From positions 25,944,436-26,008,435 of the forward strand of contig CM119263.1 of assembly GCA_051294375.1 (NCBI GenBank): 64,000 nucleotides of DNA, in the 5' to 3' direction. The notes beneath the pieces are model-generated. The model was not told the DNA's origin. It ran no database searches and saw only the letters and a list, made by a program, of their open reading frames with translations. Source of the DNA: Paraspadella gotoi (taxonomy: Eukaryota; Animalia; Chaetognatha). Below, piece after piece: positions 12,169-26,587 of this stretch. Within the stretch, counting starts at the first letter, position 1, and every line of letters begins with the position of its first letter. The position numbers and the translations under genes were made by a program.

Positions 12169-15100
12169 TAGTTCCGGATCGCTTATCAGCAGATCCGAAC
12201 TCTATAATTTCACTTTGTCGGCCCGTCGGTCCGCCCCTCAATATTTTTGGGCACTAACTTATATTCATGTCAGAACATCGAATTATGTAAATTATGCAAA
12301 AAAAAATTGATGTCCGTCCATCTGTCCGTCCGTCTGTCCGTCCGGTCTGTCCGTTCCGTCCGTCCGTCGTTCGTCCGGTCCCACCTTAGCAATAAAAACA
12401 CCAATACTCGTGATTGCATGGATGGATTGAGAATGAAATTTTGTGTGCGCGTAGGAAGTGTGTGATTGGAGATGTTATATGAAGTTTCGACGGATCGTGC
12501 GAGTGGAATAGGTTTAAATGTAAAAAACAAAAAAAAATAATTCAACTATTTGAACACCCAATTGCTGATGGAGTGGATGGGGCGATTGGCTGGAAATTTT
12601 ATTGTGGGTAGGAAAGTGTCGTGGATTGAACAGGAAATCAAGGTTTCGGATGGAATCTTTAGTGGAAATGGAAAAAAAACAGAACTTGTTTCACTAATTT
12701 ATTTAATGGATTCTTTTTCCTTTTATCATTAAATTATATGCAGGGATGTATTAATAAATCAAATAATTAATCAGTTATATTAATAAATTAGTCACATTAA
12801 TTTAATAATATCATTAATCAGCATATATAGTTTTGACGGAATTGTGGCCAGTTGGAAATGAGTTTAATGAAAACATTAAGCTCACATTTATTTGAATCTT
12901 GTATGATTTATGATTACTAATAAATGTTTTAATTAATTAATTAATTAATGTGAAAATGTTTGCAATTTAAAAAAAATGTGCAATTAAAAAAATGATGCAA
13001 GTTGAAAAAAATGATGCAAGTTGAAAAAAATGATGCAAGTTGGAAAAAATGATGCAAGTTGAAAATGATGCAATTGGAAAAATGATGCAAGTTGAAAAAA
13101 ATGATGCAAGTTGAAAAAAATGATGCAAGTTGAAAAAATGATGCAAGTTGAAAAAAATGATGCAAGTTGAAAAAATGATGCAATGTTGAAAATTATGCAA
13201 GTTTGAAAAAAATGATGCAAGTTGGAAAAAATGATGCAATGTTTTGAAAAAATGATGCAAGTGAAAAAAATGATGCAAGTTGAAAAAAAATGATGCAAGT
13301 TGAAAAAATGATGCAAGTTAAAAAATGATGCAAGTTGAAAAAAATGATGCAAGTGAAAAAATGATGCAAAGTGAAAAAATGATTGCAAGTTGAAAAAATG
13401 AATGCAATTTGAAAAATGATGCAAGTTGAAAAATGATGCAAGTGGAAAAATGTATGCAAAGTTGAAAAATGGATGCAAAGTGAAAAAATGATGCAGTTGA
13501 AAAAAAATGATGCAAGTTGAAAAATTGATGCAAGTGAAAAATGATGCAAGTTGAAAAAATGATGCAAGTGAAAAAATGATGTGCAATTTGAAAAAATGAT
13601 GCAAGTTGAAAAAAATGATGCAAGTTGAAAAAATGAGCAAGTTGAAAAAATGATGTGCAAGTTGAAAAAATGATGCAAGTTGAAAAATGATGCCAAGTTT
13701 GAAAAAATGCATGCAAAGTTGAACAAAAATGATGCAAGTTGAAAAAAATGATGCAAGTTGAAAAAAAGATGCAGTTGAAAATGATGCAAGTTGAAAAATG
13801 ATGCAAGTTGAAAAATGATGCAAGTTGAAAAAATGATGCAAGTTGAAAAAAATGATGCAGTTAAAAAAATGATGCAAGTTGAAAAAATGATGCAAGTTGA
13901 AAAAAAAATATGCAGTTGAAAAAAAATGATGCAGTTGAAAAAATGATGCAAGTGGAAAAATGATGCAAGTTGAAAAAAAATGATGCAAGTTGAAAAAAAT
14001 GATCAAAGTTGAAAAAATGATGCAAGTTGAAAAAAATGATGCAAAGTTTGAAAAATGATGCAGTTTTGAAAAAATGATGCAAGTTGAAAAAATGTGCAAG
14101 TTGAAAAAAAATGATGCAAGTTGAAAAAATATGCAAGTTGCGAAAAAATTATGCAAGTGAAAAAAAATGATGCAAGTTGAAAAAATATGCAGTTTGAAAA
14201 AAATGATGCAACGTTTGAAAAAAAAATGTGATGAAGTGAAAGAAATGATGCAAGTTTAAAAAATTGATGGCAAGTTGAAAAAATGATGCAAGTTGAAAAA
14301 AATGATGCAAGTTTGAAAAATTGATGCAAGTTGAAAAATGATATTGCAAGTGAAAAAATGATGCCAAGTTGAAAAAATATGCAAGTTGAAAAAATGATGC
14401 AGTTTAAAAATGATTGCAAGTTGAAAATGATGCAAGTTGAAAAAATGATGCAAGTGTGAAAAAATGATGCAAAGTTTGATATGATGAAGTTAAAATGAAT
14501 GCAAGTTGAAAAAATGATGCAAGTTGAAAAAATGATGCAAGTTGAAAAAATGTAGCAAGTTGAAAAATGATGCAAGTTGAAAAAATGAGGTGCAAGTTGA
14601 AAAAATGTTGCAAGTTGAAAAAAAATGATGACCAAGTTGAAAAAATTGATGCAAGTTGAAAAAATAATGCAAGTTGAAAATGATGGCAAGTTTGAAAATG
14701 ATGCAAGAGTTTGAAAAAAAATATTGCATGAAAAAATGAATAGACAAGTTGAAAAATGATGCAATTGAAAAATGATGCCAAGATTGAATGATGCCAAGAT
14801 TGAAAAGATGCAAGTTGAAAATGATTGCAGTGAAAAAATAAATGCAAGTTGAAAAAAATGAATGCAAGTTGAAAAATGATGCAGTTTGAAAAAATGATTG
14901 CAAGTTGAAAAATGATGCAAGTTGAAAAAAATGATGCAAGTTGAAAAAAATGATGCAAGTTGAAAAAGATGATGCAAAGTTTGAAAAAATGATGCAAGTT
15001 GAAAAAATGATGCAAGTTGAAAAAATGATGCAAGTTGAAAAAAATGTGCAATTGAAAAAATTGATGGCCAAGTAAAAAATGATGCAAGTTGAAAAAATGA

Positions 15101-15642
15101 ATGCAGTTTGAAAAAATGTTGTGCAAGGTTGAAAAAATGATGGGCAAGTTGAAAAAATGATCAAGTTGAAAAAAAAATGATGCCAAGTTGAAAAAATTGA
15201 TGCAAGTTGAAAAAATGATTGCAAGTTGAAAAAAGATGCAAGTTGAAAAAATGATGCAATTTGAAAAATGATTGCAAGTGAAAAATGATGCAAGTTGAAA
15301 AAATGATGCAAGTGAAAAAATGATTGCAAGTTTGAAAAAATGTACTGCAAGTTGAAAAAATGATAAGTGCAAAAGAATGATGCAAGTTGAAAAATGATGC
15401 AAGTTAAAATGGATGCAAGTTGAAAAAAATGATTGCAAGTTGGAAAAAAATGATGCAAGTAAAAAAAATTAAATTAATAATAATTATTTATTTATTATAA
15501 TTATTTATTTATTAATAATTATTTATTTATTAATAATTATTTATTTATTAATAATTATTTATTATAATAATTATTTATTTATTAATAATTATAATTAATT
15601 TATTCGTAGGCAGATCCGACATTGTTTTGCTCAAACTTTGTT
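12169..15642 (-). mobile_element. Full-length Helentron-type (DINE-1/HINE-like) element, family A, with an expanded internal satellite
   Basis: 3' hairpin end at 12169-12205, (GTCY)n microsatellite at 12312-12380, and 5' end with sub-terminal repeat GCAGATCCGAC at 15610-15642. T-rich flanks. Confidence 0.75.
12977..15462. repeat. Tandem satellite, ~18-19 nt unit GTTGAAAAAATGATGCAA, roughly 130 copies
   Basis: Directly visible head-to-tail array with a variable A-run length. Confidence 0.97.
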
Positions 15643-17029
15643 TTTTCTCAGTAAGGCTCTCCTCAATAACCGCTGATTTCACCTAGTTTGGTCGTTAGTG
15701 GCAATTTTTTTCCCTTGAACAGTAACACCCTTTTTATCTGAAATTCGAATAAATTGATTTTTAAGTTAAAAATTAGTTAGAGGTTAGGGATTTAGGTTTA
15801 ATTATTTAGGTTAGGATTAGGAGTAGGTTAAGGATAACCATTTAGGGTTAAATGTTAAAGGATTAAGCTAAAAATAACATTCTCGCGAAAAGAGTGCCCT
15901 ATGGTTGATATTCACTTTTTAGTCCTTTTATGCACATTTTTGTAGTTTGGAAAATGCGTTATTTTCATAATTTGATGAGAATTAGTGTTTTCGGGTATAG
16001 ACTATAGAGACTTATTTGCTGGCTTCAGTTAACAAGGTGAGCTTGATATAATTTCTTTAGTCTTTCTATTTAATGACTGAGTTTTATACAATAGGCAAAA
16101 AAATAAAAATTATGACTTAATAACCAGACTTCTAATAATGTTAACTGTTAACCATTGGTAACCTCGCCATGTGAACTCGTCGTCTGGGCAAATCTTTATC
16201 GTCTGGCCTCAGGTCTGCTTTTGAGTCATTTGCCATCCGTCACCTCAGCACCGGAAGGCCTTGTTACTCGATGCTATTGTTACGGAGCTGAGTTTTAGTG
16301 CCCGCAGTAGCGTGAGAATTAGCGTAAGGAAGTATTACTTTTTTTAATCATTTATCGCGACGGTCGGCATTCCGATACATTCTATTTAAGTTTACATAAT
16401 GTTTTAATGACATGCTCGCTTTCTATCAGCCTAAACTAAAAAAAAAATAAAAACAATATTGTAATATCAGGCGAAACATAATGTGCTGATCCAATTTAAA
16501 TTTAGGACTCGAGAACTTACAACGAAGAGAAGGCCGAGGTTAGAGCCAACTTCGTCAATGGGGTGGGTCAGAAGTTTTGATTTGGGAACCTTCCAAATGA
16601 ACTTCATACATTCTGAGAAAACTTTCAATGAGCAAAATTGTCTAAAATGGCAGAAGCATTGTAATTAATTTTTTACTATTTATTTATAGATAGGAATGTC
16701 AAAAAAATTTTTTTTGGAATTTTTTATTTTTAAAAGCAGAAAATTCAAATAGCTTATTGGAAAAGTTATCTACACAAAGTATAATTATTTTCAATATTTT
16801 TGATGATAAGTGGGTTAAAATTGAGAAAAACCATTAAAAAAATCAGCATCATCATCATCATCCGATGATTTTAGCAGTTTTTTTTTACTAATTTTTAGTA
16901 ATTAAAACATCAAAATTTTAAAAAGTTCTAATATATTTTTTGCCTTAACTTTTAAGCTCTTTTAGAATCAATTAAAAAAAACTTAATATCCCAAAAATTT
17001 TGACATAAGTATAGCGATATAACTCTTCT

Positions 17030-17129
17030 NNNNNNNNNNNNNNNNNNNNNNNNNNNNNNNNNNNNNNNNNNNNNNNNNNNNNNNNNNNNNNNNNNNNNNN
17101 NNNNNNNNNNNNNNNNNNNNNNNNNNNNN
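17030..17129. other. Assembly gap (others: 28988-29012, 41912-41921, 51097-51283, 56081-56105)
   Basis: Runs of N. Confidence 1.
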
Positions 17130-20100
17130 GCCTCACGCTCGAGAGAGAGTTCGATTTCGACAGACTCGAGCGACGGGAGGAGAGAGACGAAACCCCGCTC
17201 TCGAGTTCATGGACGATTGACGAAGCGTTTTGCATGAAGCATAATTGCTTGGTTAAAATATTATTATTTTGTTTGGACCCCCAACATTAAAATAATTTTT
17301 TTTTCGGTTACAATTCGTCCGGCTTTTTAAGTATTAGCTGTATCCTTTGCTTGTTCTTCTTTTAATTGATTTTCTTACCCCCGATCAACAAGAGGTAAAA
17401 AAAATATTCAACATTCAACAATCCCAGGGGGAATCTTATTTCGTGATAATGTGAATCACTCGCGCCAATTGGTTGTCAAACTTTGATTGATTTTCTAATT
17501 CCTCTGATGCCAGATGGCGCCACGGTTGTCCGGTCTGTCGGTCGGCTGGCTTTCGGTTTGATGGCTGTTTGCTTTCCCTGTCTGGTCGCTTTTCCAGTCT
17601 GTTTATCTGACTGGAAGTTTGCGCTGAAAAATGTACAATTGGTATGTTTGTGAGGAAATCATCCAATGATAAATTGCTAACACATAATGTTTTAAATGAG
17701 TTTGGACTTTTGAATTGAAAAGAAATGGAAAAGATTAAATGTGATTTTTGATATTCAAATTTTTTTCTCAAATAAAATGAAAATTTAATTCGGAAAAAAT
17801 TTACCCCCCCCAAAAAAAAAAAACTGGAAAGAAAAAACAAAACAAATAAAGAGATGAACAATGGGCCACCAGCAAAAGTATGCTAGATCCGGTCATAGCA
17901 TAAGTTCAACCTGGCCTATAAGAATTAAGCATGACACCTTTCAGTCGTGACCCAGTGCTCATGAGTAAAGCTACGTACCGATCCCTTTATGCTACCGGGT
18001 TTCAACTCAACCCGGTACCTACCCTGATTGGAAGCTTAGATGGCATAAGCGCCTTGTGGTGTGAAAAATGAGAATTAGGCGCATTAGCTTAATATTTAGA
18101 AACATATACGTATGTAAATGTTTTTTCTCTTCTAATTGGTTTTATGAATTTTTTTCTTGTAATTTTTTCTTTTTTTTTTTTCTTTCGTTTTCTTTCTGTC
18201 TTTCCATTTTTTTCTTATTTTTTATTAGCTCAAAACGTGAGCGTTACTCACAGATCCGCCGACGCTTCACCAAGGCTGATAGATGCCTTGAGTTACAGGC
18301 CAGGGTGCCCCTCAATATGTCGCGGCACATGCCGTTATCACAGGTTAGAACGATGAGATATGATAATAATGGCGCAGAGAAATGTCCTCGTCGTCTCCGT
18401 CCGGAGTCGTGAGCGTGCGGTCCCACTAGCGAAAAAATGCACTCAATTATCGTAGAGGTGGATGGCCATCACACAAGGAATTTTAAATGTTAAATCTTGT
18501 ATTGAAGTAATGATTAGCTGATAGAAGTTGATGGAATGCCGAGTGAAAATTAGTTTATAATGGAAAAAACAAATATATGTCATATTAAACAAATGTATAA
18601 TATGGTATTACGCAATTTTCGTCATGTGTAGGAAACAGTGCCCAAATGTGTAATTGTAACAGTTTTTAACAGTTTTTTCGATGGAAAGTCTTGTCTATAA
18701 AGGATAAAAGAGATACCTTGAAATGTTATACAAGTACAAAACATTTTACTAACCGGATTATAAGCCTTTACCTTATCATAATCGCAGGCATGATAATATC
18801 AAATAATTATCAGTTAATTATCATTAGTAAATAGCGAATAAGTCTTATTAATATAATCAGTTTCCAACAATCCGGTATCTCCTTCTATCAATTAAAGTCA
18901 AATCTCGTATTCGGGTGGCTTTGGATGGATTTGTTTCGTGATGTGGGAGAGAAAGGATTATAATGACTTAAAATTTTGATGAATTCTTTGGAATTAGTTT
19001 AAATGGTAAAAAATAAGCGAAATAAATTTTTTATTATTTTACATAATACGTCATATCATAATTGTGATTAGCTAATTTGTGTATGGGTCAGAAAACTTAC
19101 GCTTGATATATGATGCTTTCAGTGAACGACCGTAAGAGTTAAATGAAAAAGTATATCCTTACGAACTAATTTACCTAGATGAGATAAATTTTAAGCGGAT
19201 GGTTTATAAATGTGAACAGCTATATAAATATTATGACGACTATTGCATAGTTGAAAATAGCAAGTAAAAAGATCAAGTTAAATCTAGCATAGGAGTATTG
19301 ATAAATAGGAAGGAGAAAAACGAATGAAAGGTGAGAGAGAAATCGATTGAAGAGTGAGAGCAGAGAAGACTGCTATGATCATAAATAATCAAGAATCAAG
19401 ATCAGATCGGAGGCCACATCAAAAAATATAAAAACAAAAACTGCAATCAGCACATTTGTCTAGTAATTGATTGAGGTTCAAGTGAGTATAGTTTATATGT
19501 AATAGAGATTATTTTCATTAATATTGATGCATGAGCATCACTGTTGTAAAGTATTCTTGTATTTCATATTGATGCGATGTGTTCATTCATTGATGCATAA
19601 CATAAGAACAAACAAATCGGAGTAAAGAAGAAAGGGGGAAGAAGAAGAGAGAGAGTTTAGAGATTTCAAGTAAGAGATAGTTCCTAATGATACATCTTAT
19701 GAGCAGAACAGTATTAATTAAAATCTCGAATCCGATAAAATTGGTCCGCTTTTGATTGAAAAAAAATGCAGTCAATAAATCAATAATAAAAAGAATCGAT
19801 TTTAGAGAAAAACATATGATCTTTCTTGACCGATTTTAAACGATTAGATTCTGCAAAGATCCGTGGGACAACAAACAGCGAGACAGGTAAGGATTAGAAG
19901 AGGAGCACGCTCGAAGAAGTAGAATAAGCTGATATATTTAAAGAGAGAGAAGCTATACAGCCCTTTACTCGTTAATAAGTACTTATGGCAGTACGAGCAT
20001 ATACAAATATAGGACGTCGTGCCTGTCGGCTCATTTTTTACATTATGACCACTTATATATCAAAATTTATGTAAAGAAGCAGAAGAGTCAAGCTACCAAA

Positions 20101-23100
20101 GAGAGAGTTTTTTTAAGAGACCAGAGATTGAGGAACGAATGGCAGACTTTCAACCAATACTGTTTTTAAGCAAGATGCGAGAGAGGGAGAGCGACATTAT
20201 TATCTGAAACTTGTTTCTAAAAACTAACAGAGGCATCAATATGTATGAATCACATGAGAAAATTTTTTGTAAAAAATCTTTGAGATTGAAGCATCGGTAT
20301 AATTAACTCCTGGAAATATAGGCCACTTAGAAGCCATGCATCTGTAAAAACAAGACCGAAAAATTAACCACGGTTGCCGCCTGGTCAAAAATTTAGAGAA
20401 AAGCCTATATTTTAAGCTGAAATTAACTTTTTATATATTAAATATAGTTTTTTTAATTTTTAACCCATTTAATTTGCAAAAGAACTTCTTTAAAATATGA
20501 TTTATATTTTTTACTTTTTTATCAACTTTTGACGAGGATTCAAATCTGCAATCAAAAATTAAGAAAAGCTTATTTTGAAATTTTTTGATTTATAAAGGAT
20601 AGTACTTATATATAAATATAGCCCTACTGCGAAAATTAAAAAACATAAATTCAATTTTTTACAAATTAATGATTTACTGATGGTATGTTGCCTTCATAAT
20701 GACTTTAGAATTTTGTATGTAAAATTTCCTACGCCTTACATCTATCATATCTATCTATCTATCTATTTTTTTCCAATCTATCTATCTCTCTCTCTTTCTC
20801 TCTCTCTTTAGTACATTGTTCAATCTTTTATCATTTTGTCACTTTCTAGTTTTCGGCAGCTGTTTTCAGGTATACATGGATAGCAGCATATTTTTTAGCA
20901 ATTTTGCTGGTGCCTTTTGAATTGACGATTATATTTCCCGTTCGAATGAGGCATTGTGCTAAATCTGTTGTATATTTCAAAAACGTATTAGGAAGTAACT
21001 AGAACTCCTGCAATGTTAATAATGTGGCATGTGACGATGTATGCTTTATTGCTCTGAAATACTAAAAAAACGCATTTCTATTGTATGTTAAATTGTTAAA
21101 ATACGTATTTCCCGAGCTTAAGGGAGTTGTGAGACATGAACTGCGCTTGTTTCAAAGGAACATTTTATTGAATTGTTATTTTCTCATGTTGGCCTGTCAA
21201 TTAAAATTTCACAAAGATCTTTTCCTTCTATTGTATTGAAGCAAACAGTTACCAAATAAATCATATTCAAATTACGTACATGAATTTAAATAATAATGTA
21301 ATGGATGATTGGTAATATTACGCGACTTAGATGGGCCTTTAAATTTTCTATTTATAAGCGAGGCAACAATCCGTTTAGGACAAAAACTTAAAGTCAAGAT
21401 CGGCAAATCAGACAAAAAATGATTACTCTGAACTTGTCGCATTTCCTTCTGCAAAATAAAAATTCAAGTTTCAGCAAGGTAAACACTAAACATTAATGCG
21501 CGCAACAGTTGTTAAAAAACTAGAAGATAACCCGTATACAGCGTGACCATTTGAAACCCGCCGCAAGAAAAAATTTCCTAACTAAAATATGAAGAGATTT
21601 TAATATTTTGAAAAGAGATACTTAAAGACCAAAACATACCCATTTTTTATGTATAAATTTTTTGATAATTGATTTTGTCTGAGCAAAAAAAGATGAGGAG
21701 CAAATTTCGAGCTTTTTCAATAAAAATAAAGGGAAATTCTTACTTGGAATTCATTACTTTTTTAAGAATAATCTAATCTTACTAATTTTGTATAAATATG
21801 GGCATTGCAAAAAAGCCCGTTTAGAAATGTATCAGGAATATCAATTATAAATACTATATTACAACTAAGGTAGTCATAATTATGTAGCTTATAAATTTGA
21901 CTGGGCTCAAAAAAATCTTTTTTTATGCTGGGAATTTTGAAAAATATATCATAGTATACAGTTTTTCAAGGCTTTCAGGCCAATATCAACATTTTTGAGC
22001 AAAAATTCAAATTTATGAAAACAATTTTAACTATTTGTTATATATACTAAATATTCAAACGCTTGAGTGAGTTAATACAACAAAAAAATAATTTAAAAAG
22101 TAATACATTAGTAGTAAACATCTATTTAGTGTTGAATATCTTTTACTGTGAAATTGTTAAATTCTTGTATGCTCAGTCGTATGGCCTGTTTACTAAATAG
22201 TAATGTATATAGAATTATAGATCATAATACAGTAAAATAATAATGATTATAATCGTTTCTTATCTTTCAACTCAGTTGATCCTTCGTTGGGAAGATGGCA
22301 CCAAACATAATAATATGCGTGATATCTTCATGAAATTGATAATCATTGGGTTTGTTATTCAATCTCTCATTGGCATTACCATACAGCCTTACTTGATAAT
22401 TCAAATTGAAAAGGAGTTGTGCGTAATTATGTGGCAATGGAATATATCTCGATATTCACCGGCGCTCCCTTGACCCTGTTTTTTTTGTCTGGACATTGAT
22501 CTCAAAATATTTTTCAAATCGAATTAAGGTTGGGCCAAGAGGAAGTATAAAGATAACAAGATTGAGCAAACAATGTTGGATCTGCCTACGATAATTAAGG
22601 GGTAATCAATAATCAGCTAATCAGATGATAAATCACGATAATTCTTTCAATTTGTGATCCTAAATGATCATAACAGGATCGTACCATACCAAACCAGTGC
22701 GGCTGCACCAATTCATGTAAATCGCTTACGATTAACTAAACTATGGTAGTTGGTAGAGATATTTTTTTAACTTGCATCATTTTTTTAAACATTGCTCCAT
22801 CTTTTTAACTCACTTAATTTTTTCAACTTGCATCATTTTTTCAATTTGCATCAATTTTTCAACTCGAATCATTTTTTCAACTTATATCATTTTTTTAACT
22901 TACATCATTTTTTAACTTACATCATTTTTTAACTTGCATAATTTTTTACCTTGCATCATTTTTTAACTTGCATCATTTTTTTAACTTGCATCACTTTTTG
23001 AAAATGCATAATCTTTTCATTTTAATTAATTAATTAACTAATTAAAACATTTATGAGTAAGCATAAATAAAAATTCAAGTGAACTTAACTTAATGAGTTA

Positions 23101-23545
23101 ATTAATTAAAGTGAAAAAAATTATGCAATTTGATAAAGTATTCAAGTTAAAAATGATGCAAATTAAAAAAAATGATGCAAGTTGAAAAAATTGTGCAAGT
23201 TAAAAAATGAAGTAAGTTGAAAAAATGATTCAAGTTGAAAAAATGATCCAAATTCAAAAAATGATGCAAGTTAAAAAAATTAGGCAAGTTAAAAAAATGG
23301 AGTTAGTTTAAAAAATGATGCCAGTTTGTTACGCCGGTCATGACAAGACACGATCGAGGCCGAGGGATTCGAGGACGAGATGATATCTGGCTGCTGACTC
23401 GCCCGTTTCCCGCGAAGAAAAATATTGAATGTAAAGATTTTTAACGTTAGAAACGTCGCGAGAGAGAGAGAATTGTGCCTCTCGAAAACCCGCGGACGTT
23501 AAATGCTTTTAACTCATAGCGTTGGTGGTTTTTAACATTGCTTTT
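17130..23545 (+). repeat. Near-identical duplicate of 4724-8860 with a noisy/inserted middle (~18400-20740); possible false duplication
   Basis: Collinear with 4724-5815 and 6060-8860. Differences are mostly 1-nt indels, and the copy begins right after a 100-N gap. Confidence 0.85.
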
Positions 23546-23749
23546 AATCTCGTTTTTAAAGTCATTTTAAAGTTAAGTTTTAACTTTTAAACTCGGAAAT
23601 TAAATCATTAATTTCACGCGTCTTTTTTAAACTCATTCACGTCGCCATTTTAATTTGTTGATAAACAACCGTTCCAAAATCCTAACGTCCTCGATAAAGA
23701 CTAAAGTCAGCCAATGAAAAAGTAAAACGAATTGAGAGAGGCACGAACA

Positions 23750-23997
23750 CAGTTGAAAAAATGATGCTAACTGAAAAAATGATTTATGTTGAAAAAATTA
23801 TGCAAAGTAAAAAATGATGCGAGTTGAAAAAATGATGTGAGTTAAAAAAATTATGATTTACAAGTGTTAGCGCAGCCATTGGTTTGGAATTGTACTATCT
23901 GTTATGATCAGTTAGGATCAAATTGACAGAATTATTGTGATTTATCATTTGATTAGCAGATTATCGCTTACTTATTGTAGACAGATCCGACATCGTT
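23750..23997 (-). mobile_element. Helentron-type family A 5' fragment
   Basis: 18-nt repeats followed by the conserved block ending CAGATCCGACATCGTTT. Confidence 0.65.
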
Positions 23998-24077
23998 TTA
24001 GTGTGAAAGAAGTGGCTTCTTTTTTTGCGCCGCAGTGTATTATAAAGATTTAATTTTCTATAAATTTAATACATTGG

Positions 24078-24250
24078 TGCCGGAGGCAAGTCATTCACCT
24101 CCCAACCCAAAGCTGCGGGGTTCTAGCCCGGTGGCCGCCTAGTAGTTAAGAGGGACGGGGCGCCTAACCCGCCTGTAACATGGTGTTACAGCCTGATCCG
24201 AAGCTCAGGGACTGCTTATATTGAACGGTTCTGTCACTAACATACAACAA
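24078..24250 (+). mobile_element. SINE-like fragment
   Basis: B-box-like GGGTTCTAGCCC, GC-rich body and a short (ACA)-like tail. Confidence 0.3.
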
Positions 24251-24339
24251 TAATTACTGTTTCTTCAATAAGTTGATAAAATTAAATCATGCCTACTGAA
24301 AACATTACAAACTATTAAAAATTTAGAATCCTTGATAAA

Positions 24340-24676
24340 ACTTTATTTTAAATTTTATATTGATTTTTCCTTTTTAAATATTTAAAAATATTCTCTTACA
24401 AATATAATTACTAAAACCATGGTAAGGACCATCAACTGATAATAGTTGTTCTGTTGTTGTTGTGGTTGTTTTTAGTCGGGTCGGCTTATTTGCAGATTCC
24501 GACTCTATAATGCACTTTGTCTTTTTCGTTGTGTATAGATATTAGTGAAAAGTTTAAATGACTTTCAACAACGATTTTTATTTTCAAAGGAAAACGGACA
24601 TGTTTTGGCTTGCATTTTAAGCTTTCATCAGCATTATTTAGGTTTTGAAAGACAGATTTAATTAAGTACAAAAAAG

Positions 24677-24710
<34 letters not shown>

Positions 24711-24909
24711 TATTTCAAACAAAGAGTTGAGTAAAGGATAGTGGTCAGATGTGAAAACAGGCTGAAGGTAACAGGCTTCGTCATCGAGCGATATTCGTAT
24801 CGCTTGTGCAGGAATTCTGCGACCGGTGTTTTTGATTCGTTTCACGCTATTGAGAGAAAAAGAAGACTCGAAGACTCTCTTGAAAGGTCCCCAATTCTAA
24901 AACGACACT
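24340..24909. repeat. ~570-bp inverted duplicate of 30599-31167
   Basis: Reverse-complement near-identity. Both copies give the same KRIKNTGRRIPAQAIRISLDDEACY translation on opposite strands. Confidence 0.9.
24593..24635 (-). ncRNA. Hammerhead ribozyme motif with a core mutation (GAAA>AAAA)
   Basis: AATG-CTGATGA-aagcttaaaatgcaagcc-AAAA-CATG-TC-CGTT. Confidence 0.55.
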
Positions 24910-25244
24910 AAATTGAATGTTCTGCAAAGAAAAATTCATAAAAATTGAATTCGAAATATAGTATCATAAATGGTAAGAACTTATCTTTGACATTGTTATC
25001 TCAGAAATAACATTTAATAACAAAGTCCGCACAATATGTAAAAGTTAACCGACAGTACCATTGGGACACACTGTAGTTACTACTTCAGAGAGTTAAAAAG
25101 TTGAGAATTTTGACCTTTTTTTCCAATTTTGACACTGAATACAAAAAATTTATGATAACGTTTTATATTTTTTGGTCTAATTTTTTATGAAAAATCTGAA
25201 ACATTAATAAAAATTAAAGAAAATTTATTTTATAAAGGTAATAC

Positions 25245-25570
25245 TATAAATATATTGCATGCCATAAATACACGGGCTAAGAAAGTTATTTTAGGTAATA
25301 CTTGGCAGACTGGTAAGTCATTACTAAATGCTTCTTGTGCATGTGTTTCCATACTTGTGTAGTCAGTTGACACATACTGTCATATAGTGTAGGCTGGAAC
25401 CCGAACTCAGTATATTTCTTGTAATGTCTGGTTGTTTGTAATGAAACTTTGCACAGTAGTGATCAACCATAAAACTTTTTTTAAATAATTTTCTAATCAT
25501 GTGATCATATGGAAATACACATAAAAAGAAGTACTGTGGCGCAAAACATTGGATGTACCGATCTTGTTTT
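25245..25570 (-). mobile_element. Helentron-type family B, 5' half
   Basis: Shares GCATG(C/T)CATAAATACACGGGCTAAGAAAG and the ...CCGATCTTGTT end with 49294-49592. Confidence 0.5.
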
Positions 25571-26587
25571 GTTTATGTAACAATTTTATTTTAAAAAAGG
25601 AAAATTTTTAAACTTTAGATGTAAGTCTTCATTAGCGCAAAAATTAATAAATCATTTGTGAAAATTTTTGACAAAGTATAAGGTTTGCGTGTGTGAAACG
25701 TGAAGAGGGAGAGAGATAGAGGTTTCCAAAAAAAATAAGAAATAACAGTGGGAGGTTAAAGAAAGGTTAAGAATAAGTACTAAAAAGTGAGGGATATTGA
25801 AAGAAAGATAGTTGAGATAAGTTAATATATATTAACAATTTAAGTTTGCAAACATTATCATTTTAAATAATAAATTGTAAAAGTAACAATGAACTACATT
25901 AAAGAAGAAAGTTAGTAAAAAATAAGAGAAGAAGAGCTGGCCCCCGCTTCTGGACAAAGGAAAGCAGTGACGATGTGAACGGGTCATTGGCATGTCATAG
26001 GTCATTTGGATCTTGAGTTCCCAGACTTTATGGACCTCGTCATATTAGGGTCGGCAAAGATCCTCTTGGAAAATGCCTCGGATACTTCATCTGACCTGAT
26101 ATGTCTGCCGGCTGCCCTCTTCTTGCCTTAAGACAAGGCGGGCTAAAGTTTGTCCTTGGTTCCTTGGCATGGGAGTGAGACCTTACCCTTCCTCTAACTG
26201 TAGCCGCCTTTTATGTCGGTCGGTGGGTCAGTTGGTAAGGTAAGGTTAAGGTAAAGACCTTAAACGTGCATAAGTATCCTACTTTTCATGATCACCTTAA
26301 AAGGTGATCACATGACACAGAATTCAATGCAGCATAACTCATGAATACTGAGCCTTAAACTAGATAGTAAAATCCTGATAAATAATGTCTACATTTAAGT
26401 ACAAATCTTGTCTCATACTTAAATATTAAAAATAAAATTATTATTAAAAATGAATTATCAAATTATTTCATACATGAATTATAATTATTATTTATTTAAT
26501 ATAAGCAATGATAGTTATAAATAAGTAAAATAATAAAATTAGGTTAATTTAGATATAAGCAACATTAATCATTAAACTTTAAAAGTG

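Noticed and set aside
12941-15458. Long ORFs of 250-390 aa (FFNLHHFFQLASFFSTCII...)
   Set aside because: They are translations of the 18-nt satellite, which lacks stops on the minus strand and is open in all frames.
12977-15462. CRISPR-like array
   Set aside because: Head-to-tail repeats with no unique spacers, no cas genes, and a eukaryotic context.
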